Shown in pieces: positions 1 through 11,124 of a stretch of DNA of 64,000 nt. Within the stretch, counting starts at the first letter, position 1; the number at the start of each line of letters is the position of its first letter. The notes beneath the pieces were generated by a model. That model was not told the origin of the DNA, made no database searches, and worked only from the letters and a program-made list of their open reading frames with translations. The translations under genes and the position numbers were made by a program. Origin of the DNA: Octopus sinensis (lineage: Eukaryota); contig NW_021833800.1 of the NCBI RefSeq assembly GCF_006345805.1, forward strand, positions 1-64,000, written 5' to 3'.

Positions 1-538
1 GATGGCGACGGTGGTGCTGGAGGTATTTGGTTGTTAGAAATGGAAGCAGTAATGATGTTTGTAGTAGTAGTTGTAGTAGTAGTAGTAAGAAGAAGAAGGA
101 TGGTGGGTTGTGGAGAAGCTGCTGCGGTTATTGGTATGGTATATTGTGATGAGGGTGGTCTCATCTCTGATAATGATGATGTTACTGGAATGATCTGAAG
201 ACCAAGGAGTGCTGCTGCTGATGGTGATGATGATGATGGTTGGTGAGGAGGTTGAGGGGAGAGGAGTGGATCACCTGCCATAAGGGAGCGTCTCTGAACC
301 CTGGTAATGGATATAAAGTTGGCTATATAAACATCCGGGGAGTTGTAACCGCGGACCCCCCCCCGCCACCGCATACAAATAGGGCGGCACCCCTTCCCTT
401 CAGTCCCTCACCTCCACACATTCCCCCTACATTCCCCCCCAGAATGAATAAAAACAAAAGTTTTCGAGAACGTTCCAGAATAGACGTGCACGAATATAAA
501 CACGCATCAGGTTGCACTTTTATCAACGAGTGTATATA

Positions 539-937
539 GGCGCAGGATTGGCTGTGTGGTAAGTAGCTTGCTAACCAACCACATGGTTGCGGGCTCAGTC
601 CTACTGCGTGGCATCTTGGGTAAGTGTCTTCTGCTATAGCCCCGGGCCGACCAATGCCTTGTGAGTGAATTTGGTAGACGGAAACTGAAAGAAGCCTGTC
701 GTATATATATGTGTGTATGTTTATGTGTTTGTGTGTCTGTGTTTGTCCCCCTCGCATTGCTTGACAACCGATGCTAGTGTGTTTACGTCCCCGTCACTTA
801 GCGGTTCGGCAAAAGAGACCGATAGAATAAGTACTGGGCTTACAAACAATAAGTCCCGGGGTCGATTTGATCGACTAAAGGCGGTGCTCCAGCATGGCCG
901 CAGTCAAATTACTGAAACAAGTAAAAGAGTAAAAGAG
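539..937 (+). mobile_element. tRNA-derived SINE, family A (internal TA/TG microsatellite, GTAAAAGA tail)
   Basis: Head ggcgcaggattggctgtgtggtaag with box A TGGCTGTGTGG and a degenerate box B (GGGCTCAGTCC; other copies GGTTCAGTCCC). Body and (gtaaaaga)2 tail match about 12 other copies in the window. Confidence 0.9.
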
Positions 938-1384
938 AGGGTGTATACAGGACTGGGGGATTATACACGCGTACACACACTCTTACATGTATATGTAGAT
1001 ACATACGTGTATGCGATGTGTGTGTGTGTGTGTGTGTATGCATGTATTGAAACAAATACGTGTGTTTGTGTACATACATATGTATGTATAAACATATATA
1101 CGTGTGTGTGTGTGTGTGTGTGTGCGCCGCAGTCATGTTAGTGTAACCAGACAGGGGTGCCACCCTGTTGACATTTCCTCGTTCACTGTCACTGACCCCG
1201 ACTCACACACAGACACACATTTTTTTTTTTCCTTCAAAGACAAGTCTGCATTGGCTCAGTCAAAGTGGCTGCAAATGGGCATCAATCGTGTGTAAATAAG
1301 TTAAAGGCCAGCATTGTATTCAATGCTTTAAAAAAAATCTGTTTTCTGCGTATTTGAAACAATGACAAAGTCGTGTGCCAAGAA

Positions 1385-1617
1385 GGCGGTGAGTTGGCAG
1401 AATCGTTAACATGCCGGGCGAAATGCTTAGCGGTATTTCGTCTGCCGCTACGTTCCGAGTTCAAATTCCGTCGAGGTCGACTTTGCCTTTCATCCTTTCG
1501 GGGTCGATAAATTAAGTACCAGTTACGCACTGGGGTCGATGCAATCGACTTTAATACCTTTGTCTATCCTTGTTTGTCCCCTCTATGCTTAGCCCCTTGT
1601 GGGTAATAAAGAAATAA
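1385..1617 (+). mobile_element. tRNA-derived SINE, family B, long tail
   Basis: Box A TGGCAGAATCG, box B GAGTTCAAATTCC, core gcctttcatcctttcggggtcgataaattaagtaccag, tail ...agccccttgtgggtaataaagaaata. Confidence 0.9.
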
Positions 1618-1989
1618 GAAGGGCCATTGCTGCGATAATTGTGTTTACAGAATGACGGAACGCATAGAAAGACGCACCCACCTCCCTAACTCAATATTTA
1701 TTCTACCCTTGTACATTAGTTGAATTCTACCACCTCATGGTACTTATTTTCAGATTGGTTAATTGATTGTTCAGTGTTTTGGCTATGGCAGCCACACGGC
1801 ACCTGTAACAACAAAGTTTCAACCAGTGATGTTTCGACCCTTTCCATCGAGGCTCCTCCTCCTTCAGTTCGTTTCTGAGTTTATGACCCAAAACTTCCTC
1901 ATTCTAAGATATTAGTATTTAATTTAGAACCTCTCCTAACCTTTTGTTATAAGTCGTTCCAAACGCCGGTTTAAAAGGACGATATACTT

Positions 1990-2180
1990 TTTACTCTCTT
2001 TTACTTGTTTCAGTCATTTGACTGCGGCCATACTGGAGCACCGCCTTTAGTCGAGCAAATCGACCCCGGTCTCTTTTGCCGAACCGCTAAGTGACGGGGA
2101 CGTAAACACACCAGCATCGGTTGTCAAGCAATGCTAGAGGGACAAACACAGACACACAAACATATACACATACATACATA

Positions 2181-2222
<42 letters not shown>

Positions 2223-2383
2223 TACGACAGGCTTCTTTCAGTTTCCGTCTACCAAACCCACTCACAAGGCATTGGTCGGCCCGGGGCTATAGCAGAAGAC
2301 ACTTGCCCAAGATGCCACGCAGTGGGACTGAACCCGGAACCATGTGGTTGGTTAGCAAGCTACTTACCACACAGCCACTCCTG
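1990..2383 (-). mobile_element. SINE family A with internal deletion
   Basis: Reverse complement of the 539-937 element, lacking about 35 nt of the central core. Confidence 0.88.
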
Positions 2384-2555
2384 AGTTAGTTTAAATAAAA
2401 TCTTTCCGAATTCTTCATCGTTCTCAAAATTAATTGAAACATAAAGTATCTCATTGTAGATATGGTCATCAAGGGTGGTCATGGAAGGATAGATTGTCAT
2501 TTTCTTTATTGACTGAATCTATCAATTTTGTAGGTCAGAAGGAGCCAACATATGG

Positions 2556-2669
2556 GCCGCAGCCTTACACGTTGGCTGCAGCCTTACAGGTAGGCCGCAC
2601 TTTTACAGGTGTGCCTCTGCCTTACAGGTAAGTCACCGCCATACGGGTGGGCCAAAGCCGTATGGGTGA
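2556..2669. repeat. Degenerate minisatellite, six 19-bp units
   Basis: Units start at 2556, 2575, 2594, 2613, 2632 and 2651, e.g. gctgcagccttacaggtag, gccgcacttttacaggtgt, gcctctgccttacaggtaa. Confidence 0.85.
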
Positions 2670-2833
2670 GTCACTGAAGAGTTTCTTGGTGTGCTTGGGA
2701 CCTTTTTTTAAAACAAATCTTTCAAATTTTGATATTAATGATTTGTAGGGATGCGCTATTTCGTTATGCAACGAAGATGCACGAGAAAGTATATTAAGCG
2801 TTTTTTTTTTAAATAAGGCAATAAATATGGTGG

Positions 2834-3050
2834 ATGGTGAGCTGGCAGAATGGTTAGAACGCCAGGCGAAATGCTTAGCGGGTATTTCGTCTGCCGTTAC
2901 GTTCTGAGTTCAAATTCCGCCCGGGTCGACTTTGCCTTTCATCCTATCGGGGTCGATAAGTACCAGTTACGCACTGGGGTCGATGTAATCGACTGAATCT
3001 CTTTGTCTGTCCCCCTCTATGTTTAGCCCCTTGTGGGCAATAAATAAATA
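2834..3050 (+). mobile_element. SINE family B, long tail
   Basis: Same head, core and tail as 1385-1617, with small deletions. Confidence 0.88.
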
Positions 3051-3204
3051 CCATGTTTTATTATATTTGCGATTCATTGAGTTGTTGATGGGTTTAATAT
3101 AGTTTTTTGTGCCGTCCATATGTTTATATAAGAATTGCCGATGGCGGCAGGGTGGGGATAAGATATATCCATGGGGCCAAAGGGGAAAATAATGATGATG
3201 ATTT

Positions 3205-3413
3205 TTTTCTACTTTAGGCACAAGGTCTGAAATTTCTTTTGGTGTTGGGGTGGGGCAGGGACTAGTGCATTGCATCAAACCCAGAAGTCATCGACCCCGA
3301 AAGGATGAAAGGCAAAATCGACCTCGGCAGAATTTGAATTCAAAACGTAAAGACGGACGAAATGCCACAGAGCATTTTGTCCGGCGTGCAAACGACTCTG
3401 ACAGCTCACCGCC
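3205..3413 (-). mobile_element. SINE family B, short-tail form, degenerate
   Basis: Head and core at 3291-3413. Short tail (...aaatttcagaccttgtgcctaaagtagaaaa) at 3205-3260. Confidence 0.75.
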
Positions 3414-3433
3414 TTAGTAACAATAATAACAAT

Positions 3434-3850
3434 ATTCTTTTCTACTCTAGGCACAATACCCCAAAGTTGTTTTTTATTAAGGGGGGGGGGGGGGGCAGTC
3501 GATTAGATCGACACCCCAGTATGCAACTGGTACTTAATTTATCGACCCCGAAAAGGATGAAAGGCAATGTCGACCTCGGCGGAATTTGAACTCAGAACGT
3601 AGCGGCAGACGAAATACCTATTTCTTTACTACCCACAAGGGGCTAAATACAGAGGAAGCAAACAAGGACAGACAAACGGATTAATTCGATTATATCGATC
3701 CCAGTGCGTAACTGGTACTTATTTAATCGACCCCGAAAGGATGAAAGGCAAAGTCGACCTCGGCGGAATTTGAACTCAGAACGTAGAAACCGACAAAGTA
3801 CCGCTAAGCATTTCACTCGGCGTGCTAACAACTCTGCCAGCTTGCCGCCT
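3434..3850 (-). mobile_element. Nested SINE B: long-tail copy (3618-3850) joined to short-tail copy (3434-3617)
   Basis: In element orientation the long tail ends gaaatag and runs directly into gtatttcgtctgcc, the internal SINE-B sequence of the second copy. Confidence 0.85.
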
Positions 3851-4570
3851 TAGTAATAATAATAACAATATTAGTAATAATAATAATGATAATGATGATG
3901 ATGATGATGATGATGATGATAGAAGAAGAAGAAGAAGAAAAAGAAGAAAACCGTTTTTCAAACCGAGTTTACTGAGTTGGCGATCCCTACTCTAAGTAGG
4001 CAGTTAATGGTGGCAGAGTACAGCTGACCTGAACTTAGTGACCTCTCAGCGCCGTGCTCAGTTCTTTACACCTGTAAAAATTTTGTGATTGATTAGCGTA
4101 GGTAGACGAGGAGGAGGAGGAGGATATATAGGGTTTCAACTTAACGCCATGGAACCCTGAATAAATGTTAAGTACATTTCACCTTCTTAAACCGAATGGA
4201 CCCAAAGGAACAGACTACGTTTATCAGAGTTTATGACACAGAAATTCCTTCCTGGAATTCAAATACGTGTCTCATTTCATGACCATTTCCCAAGATTTTC
4301 TCCACATCGTCAAAGAAGAGAACATTCACCATTATATTGGTAAAATATTGATTGATAAAAACGCAAATAAAGACGAGGATTAAGTAATATTCATATTTTT
4401 CGTGGTAAAATTACCCTGAGTCGCTATCTACATTAGAAAACAACAGTTAAGTTAATGTCGACATATTCAATATAGTAATTCGGATTCAGTGTTTAATATT
4501 TTTAAAACGGAATAATATATTTAAAAAAGTAAAAAAAGAAAGTGAATCATTTTAGTAGGTTATTCTCTAC

Positions 4571-4613
4571 AAGTGGCTGATGAGGGCGTAGTAAATCCGA
4601 AACATGTTCGAAG
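4571..4613 (+). ncRNA. Hammerhead-ribozyme-like motif (core intact, stem I weak)
   Basis: CTGATGA 4577-4583, stem II ggg/tcc, GAAA 4599-4602, palindromic AACATGTT at stem III. Stem I pairs poorly. Confidence 0.45.
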
Positions 4614-4896
4614 TTATTTCTCACATTTACCGAATTAGGCAAAAATGACTAACTTTGTTTTGTTTTTCTCTTACTACATCGAATATGTTAATGGCAACTT
4701 AAGTAATCATGGATCTCCGTCACTTGACGATGTGGATTCAATTTTCGATCGAGTGAATTACCTCCTCTTGAATTAATGTCTGTGTGGCTGAGTACTCCAT
4801 AGAAATGTGAACCCCTAATGTAATTCTCAGACAGAATCAGTGCGACACAGTGAGTGTATAACAAAGCCATACCTTTTGTATTATGGGTACAATCCA

Positions 4897-5055
4897 CCCG
4901 ACGGGCTTCCAATCAGTTTCTGCCCACCCACTTTCCTACACAAAGTATGGGTAAGCCCAAGATAATAGAAAATGACATTTGTATAAGATGCCGTGCAATG
5001 GGATCGAAACCAGAACTCCGTAGATATGAAGCCAAATGTTTATCCATTTGGCTTA
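4897..5055 (-). mobile_element. Old SINE family A remnant
   Basis: cgacgggcttcc..cagtttc..gatgccgtgcaatgggatcgaaacc matches the reverse-complemented family A head and body with many substitutions. Confidence 0.6.
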
Positions 5056-5153
5056 TAGCATCATTAGCATTTCTTCATTAAAGAAACTTAATTAAAAAGA
5101 AAACTGCGTGAACAAAACCAGCTGATTTCGCTAGTCTCAACATTCCAGTTGTT

Positions 5154-5197
5154 TCTGACTGACGAGACGAAACATGTCGAAACACCGGTGTTCCAGA
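5154..5197 (+). ncRNA. Minimal type I hammerhead ribozyme motif (Penelope-like)
   Basis: tctga-CTGACGA-gac(gaaacat)gtc-GAAA-caccggtg-T-T-ccaga. All core nucleotides are present, stem III is the perfect palindrome AACACCGGTGTT, and stem I is tctg/caga with the core-proximal pair mismatched. Confidence 0.7.
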
Positions 5198-5380
5198 TTG
5201 TCGTGCATCAATGAGACGAGTGTGTTGAGCACAGTGTTGTCTGGAAAGGGGAGGCTATTCTCCTAAGACATACGAAAGCGTCCTGCACATTTTACTACTG
5301 AACTTGCTCGATGTGTTAAAAATTGATAAGCATTTCTGAATTCACGGTAGGCGTCACGAATGATTAGACTTCGATAGTTT

Positions 5381-5780
5381 GGCGCAGACGTGGTAAGATA
5401 TAAGATATTTGCTTCCCAACCACGTCGTTCCTGGTTCAGTCTTAATGCATGGCACCTTGGGCAAGTGTCTTCTATTATATAGCCTCAGGCCGACCGTAAC
5501 CTTGTAAGTGGATTTGGTTGATGGAAACTGAAAGAAGCCTGTCGTATATGTGTATATATATGTATGTGTGTGTGTCTTTCTGTGCTTGTCCCTCCACCAC
5601 CACCACCACCACCACCACCACTTGGCAACCGCCGGTGTCGGTGTGTTTATATCCTCGTAACCTAGCGGTTCCGCAAAAGAGACCGATACAATAACTACTG
5701 GCGTCGATTCGTTAAAAAAAAAACTCTTCAAGGCGGTGCCCCAGCATGGCCGCAGTCTAAGGAATGAAAGAAGTAAAAAA
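5381..5780 (+). mobile_element. SINE family A, diverged
   Basis: Head, gcaccttgggcaagtgtcttc body, internal microsatellite and tail all recognisable. Confidence 0.8.
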
Positions 5781-6223
5781 AAATGTTAACTGGAACTTGG
5801 AACGCTGCATACCAAACATACGGCTGCTGCTGCTGCTACCACCACCACAACCGCCACCACTACGACCATCAGCACCATTACTACTACTACTACTACTTAC
5901 TACTACTTACTACTCTGTACTCTCTAAGCTGAGGGATAGAACGATGGGAAAGGTTATGAGAGAAGAAAGACTGACAGATCGAGATTTGATAAATAAATAA
6001 ATGAAAACATTTTTTAGAAAAAAGTCTTAAAATGAATAAATAAGTGAAAAAAGTGACTTTGGTGTGAGGAGAAAAGCGAAAGCAAAAACAAGGAACGCTG
6101 CTGCAGAATGTGGGTCAGTTGACGCTGCCAATCTTGGTTCTACCATTTCACAAATTGCTGTTTCCTTAGGAAAATAGAAGAAGGAAGTGGGTGGGTGGGG
6201 GCAAGTATTCCTGTGAAAACCCA

Positions 6224-6258
<35 letters not shown>

Positions 6259-6899
6259 ATTCAGTCTTTCTTTTCCATGTGTGTGTGTGAGAGAGAGAGA
6301 GAGAGAGGGAAAGAGAGGGAGAGAGAGAAAGAGATCCTTGTATCCATGACTCGTAAGGGAGGGTTGGGGGTCACAGATTTGTTGTTTCCTTAACCTATTA
6401 AAAACTGCTTGCAGAAAGGTTCCCCCCGCCTCCACGACACCTAGAAATGGTTGTGAAATGATAACTGTGGTTCTGATGATGACGACGACGACGGTGGTGG
6501 CGGCGGCGGTGGCGGTGGTGGTGGTGTGGTGGTGGTGATGGTTGAGTTGATGGGGACGACAGTTCTATCCAACAAATATTCGGTGACAACTTTTGTTTTT
6601 GTGATATATATTTTGATTGCATGTCACGCACGACCGAGCTGAGGCGCCGCCTTTAAACATATTCGTCGACCATATCGATCCCCATATATGTTTTAAAGTC
6701 TCCTACTTATTTTATCTCTGTCTCTGTCTGTCTCTCCCATTCACTTTTCCTCGCTCTCTTTCTTTCTTTCTTTCTTTCTCCCCCCCCTCACATTTGTGTA
6801 TCGTTTGTTGATAGGTTCAGTGACTGGAAATGCTCAATACATTTCAAGGATACGAACGTTTTTATACGTGTGTGCATGTGTGTGTATATAGTCGCTGGA

Positions 6900-7692
6900 A
6901 ATGGAGATCTCCAGGTCCAAATTCTTGAACGGCTGCTCTTGCTGCTGCCGTTAATGCCGGGTATTGTCTCAGCTTCATAGACCACGGCTTCGGATTTGCA
7001 TCCCCCCGACCAACACCCACCCACTGAACACTCATTGCTAACCCTGCATGAATACCCTGCCTCTGCACAGGGTTTAGGGGTGCTCCCAAATTTTTTTGAT
7101 GTTGGGTATATAGCTGAAAGGGACCTTTAAGTTGTGACTATTAAACAATCGCTCGTATTTATGTGACTGTGTGATGTAGTAATCCACTAAACCTATGCTG
7201 ATCTTGATGTTGAGTGAGAATTGTTGGGTAAACAAAACAACTTTACGGTGGAGCTTCCTTTTGTGTATATGGGGATAAGATATATAGAAAATGCGGTCCT
7301 TAAACTCAAACGCCTCGTTGAAATAGGAGCTGCGGTGTCGAAAATCTCTTTACTCGAGGACAGGTTCGAAATCCTCTCACTGATATCCTTCATCATGATA
7401 GGTGGGTGGAATGAGGCAGTGTTAATGTACGACAGCCCTTGGTTTGCGGAAGGGCTTGTTTGATCAGGCACCCAAGTCTAGCGTAACATCTAAAAAGTTA
7501 GCAATGGTATGGTTGGTCTCAATTGTAATTTTAAAGCCAAGGGAGCCCTGGGTGCGAATTAGGCCCTTCATAAGCCTATCTAGGGCATGCCGATTAGCGC
7601 CTCTAGAGTTGGTTAAAGAACCGACGGGGAAGGTGTCCAGTATATAAAACCCTATGAGGGCACAGATATCCGCGCTGTCGAATGCTCTCATC
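6900..7692 (-). pseudogene. Penelope-like element RT C-terminus and GIY-YIG endonuclease remnant, internally deleted
   Basis: Minus-strand peptides MRAFDSADICALIGFYIL, GFKITIETNHTIANFLDVTLDL, LSYINTASFHPP, RISNLSSSKEIFDTAAP, RKVVLFTQQFSLNIK and YSCRVSNECSVGG..CKSEAVVYEA, in the order expected for Penelope-clade proteins. Confidence 0.8.
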
Positions 7693-7987
7693 ACCATGGT
7701 CTAGTCGTTAGAGCAGCGGACTCGCGGTCGAGTGATCGCGGGTTCGAATCTCAGACCGGGCAATGTGTGTGTTTATGAGTGAAACTCATAAGCTCCACGC
7801 GGCTCCGGCAGAAGGTAATGGCGAACTTCTGCTGACACTTTCGCCACAACTTTCTCTCATTCTTTCTTCCTGCATCTTGCAGCTCACCTGCGAAGGACCG
7901 GCGTCCCGTTCAGGTGGGGAACCTATACGCCAAGGAAACTGGGAAGCCGGCCCTTATGCGCCAGGCATGGCTCGAGAAGGAACAAAC
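7693..7987 (+). mobile_element. tRNA-derived SINE, family C (single copy in window)
   Basis: Box A TGGTCTAGTCG and box B GGTTCGAATCT at tRNA-like spacing, followed by a ~230-nt body unrelated to families A and B. Confidence 0.7.
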
Positions 7988-8464
7988 GTCACCATATACA
8001 CGCACGCGCGCGCACGCACACAGTAATAATAGCTTTGAAATAGAACTCAAGTTTTATGTACACGATATCGAGCTCCATCGAGTTCGTGTCTTCAGCAGGT
8101 TGTCTTGCTGCTGTTTGCCATACAATGACCGACGTTAACATATGAGAAAAACTTGCCAAAAAACTTGGTCCCTGGGTCAATGTAAATATTGTGGTTGGGG
8201 CGTAACACAGGTGAACACAATACTGCGTTACGTCCCTTGAAATGTCAGAAGATATTACGCCCGCACAAATATTGAAACCCAAGGGCGGCAATTCAGATCC
8301 ACGTAGACATGGGCTGCGTTCCTTGTGTTGCTAAGATGGGTCGCTGCAGTATCTATGAAGGTTTATGTTGGAAATGTGCCTGTGTTGATGTATCTTGTGT
8401 ACAGTGCAGCAAGAAAGAAATTGTAAGTTGTTGCTTCATAGATGAGCTGATACACATATCTAGC

Positions 8465-8510
<46 letters not shown>

Positions 8511-8726
8511 ATATAGCGGCGTTTAGAGGTGGTGAATTTGAGATATAGGGAAGGTTGAAGCGAGAAAAAAGTCGGAAAAGGAGGATGTGACATCTGAATA
8601 TGTCTAGTGTTGGGTGGCGCTGCTAATGAGGCATTGATGTGACTTTCCAGTTGGACAGGATGACAGGATGAATCTTTCCGCGTCGACACAGATAGTGAAT
8701 ATCTCCGTTCTTGTCTTTATATATAA

Positions 8727-9120
8727 CTAGCAGTATCGCTCGGCGTTTCTCTTTGTAAGGGAAATAACTATAGAAGCATTTTTAGAGATGTAAAGTATAA
8801 TAGCCATCTCAATATGGCTAACCACAAAGGTGGGGTGTTACTGAAGCTTTTTACGTTCTGAGATTTAATAATAAATTTTTAGAGAGTTACTTCCCTTATA
8901 TATGCCAAAAAATGCATTAAAAATAGGAAAAATTGATGGTAAATTATTTTTAAAATCGTAGACTCATCGTAGACGCGCGCTAATACCCAGAAGGGCTCGA
9001 TATGAATCACGACTATAAGATACCCGGTTTTGGTTAAACTGCACCGCAAAATGTGGGAGTAGTTAGGAATCTAAATCGTAGGAGACAGACAGCACACAAC
9101 TTCACTTTTATATATAAAGA
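8727..9120 (-). mobile_element. Non-autonomous Helitron (394 bp)
   Basis: Minus strand reads A|TC...CTAG|T (canonical termini at an AT site) with a GC-rich subterminal palindrome cgccgagcg. No TIR or TSD. Confidence 0.8.
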
Positions 9121-9441
9121 TTATCTGAGTTATTTGTTTGAAGCAAGATGTGCTTTCTTTCTCCCATGAAAAGACGGGATTTTCTCGAATCATTTATGTA
9201 AAACTTTGCTCTTTTGTGGATCCGCATTTAACGAAGGAGCTTATGTTTCGATTTATCATTTTTCAAGTGTTCTGGAGTTTTTTTTATTTTGTTATTGGTG
9301 CATCCTGGATGACGTGTGGTTGCAAACCATTTTCGTCTCCTCATACAAGTCTCTTTAACTTTCGTAATCGATCGACTGGTTCAACATGGCTGAGATGACT
9401 TCAGCTTCATAAGCTACCGACTTAATGTTGTATGTCTGATC

Positions 9442-9627
9442 CAGTGCTTTTCAAACCTTTTGCTAGAGCGGAACCCCAAGGAAACATTCCACTGGCTCGA
9501 GGAACCCCTATGCAATAATTTAATAGTCTTATGTACACATATCTGCACAGGAGACTTAAAAATTACTGCCGATTTTAGCAGTTTTGTAACTTCTTGCAGA
9601 AACCCTGGACTGTACTGGCGGAACCCT
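9442..9627. mobile_element. hAT-like MITE fragment
   Basis: Begins cagtgcttttcaaacctttt with repeated ggaaccc subterminal motifs. The right terminus is missing. Confidence 0.45.
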
Positions 9628-10329
9628 AATTACTCCAGCAGAAACGTCTGACTAGTTTGGGATGGCTTGTTTGGTGGGTTTGCTTGAGATGATTATTTTC
9701 ATATTGGCGCAGCATATCTTCCCTGAGTGAAGATTCTTTTTGTATGTCTATGATGGCCAGGGAAATATTTACCTTGCAGGGCCTAACAAGTTTTTTTCTT
9801 TTTTCTTAAATTGCTCTTAAAAGAGAAAATGGGGCGCAAAGCATATAATCTTTCTGAGCCTGTTTCTAGTTTCTGATTGTGTGTTGTGCTGGGTGTATGA
9901 AACACTTTTTACTAGAAGCTGCAATCTGCTACAGCCTCATTGTAGCAAGGAACCGCTCTATCGAAAACTTCTTTGGAAGAGACGCAGTTAGACTTCCATA
10001 CTATTATCATACTAATAGTTACTGTAAGATTTTAAAACATAATAAGTGGTCTTTGCAGGAATACCTGTTTATGTATCTAAAGTGTTTCATAAAGTTTATG
10101 AAAGGGTTTGTAAGCATTGGAATTTAGGTATAGGAAAGCATGCAGAAAATCAGCTTCGGTTAAGTTCATTGCTACCCTAATCTTAAGTGCTAATCTTTGG
10201 AAACAGTTCTGAGATTTTTCTGAAGGTATCTAAGAGGAAGCTTTGATACCGTTATTCCTTTGAAAAGAGAAAAGAAAGTTACTGGTTGACTCCACCAATC
10301 CGTTTTCAATTTCCGGCTAAGTCCATCGT

Positions 10330-10450
10330 GTATATATATATAGTATATATATATATATATATATAATATATATATATATATTATATATTATATATATATA
10401 TATATATGTATATGTATGTATATGTATATATATATGTATATGGATGTAGG

Positions 10451-10498
<48 letters not shown>

Positions 10499-10734
10499 GG
10501 TATATATATATATATGTATATATATATAAATATATATATATATATTATATAATATATATATATATATATAGGTATATGTATGTATATGTATTATATATGT
10601 ATATGTATGTATGTATATATATATATATATGTATATATATAATAATATATATAGTATATGTATATATATATATATAGTATATATAGATATATATATATAT
10701 ACATATATATATGTATATAATAAATATATGTATA

Positions 10735-10765
<31 letters not shown>

Positions 10766-10915
10766 TAATATATATATGTAATATAAATATATATATATAG
10801 TATATATAAATATATATATATATATGTATATATAAATATATATATTATATATGTATATATATAAATATATGTATATATATATGTATATATAAATATATGT
10901 ATATATATATGTATG

Positions 10916-10950
<35 letters not shown>

Positions 10951-10957
10951 GTATGTA
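10330..10957. repeat. Compound (TA)n/(TATG)n microsatellite
   Basis: Direct inspection. Accounts for the Y/I-rich ORFs in the track. Confidence 0.95.
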
Positions 10958-11090
10958 TGGAAAGAAGAGATGTATTCCCACGCAGGAAAAAATATAGAAT
11001 TTGTTTGAAAAGGCACATGAATTTGAAAAACTTGAAGTTGTTTTCAAATATATTTATACACGCACACACACGTGCACGCACGCACACACA

Positions 11091-11124
<34 letters not shown>

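Noticed and set aside
240-539. 99-aa ORF with YKVGYINIRG resembling an APE endonuclease N-terminal motif
   Set aside because: No further APE motifs follow and the rest is a C-rich low-complexity run. A single short motif is not enough.
2556-2669. CRISPR-like regular spacing here and at 20295-20381 and 62449-62593
   Set aside because: The units are contiguous tandem repeats with no unique spacers, there are no cas genes, and the context is eukaryotic.
7693-7760. Possible tRNA gene (also the heads of SINE A and B)
   Set aside because: A and B boxes are present, but I could not fold a full cloverleaf, and each head continues into a SINE body.
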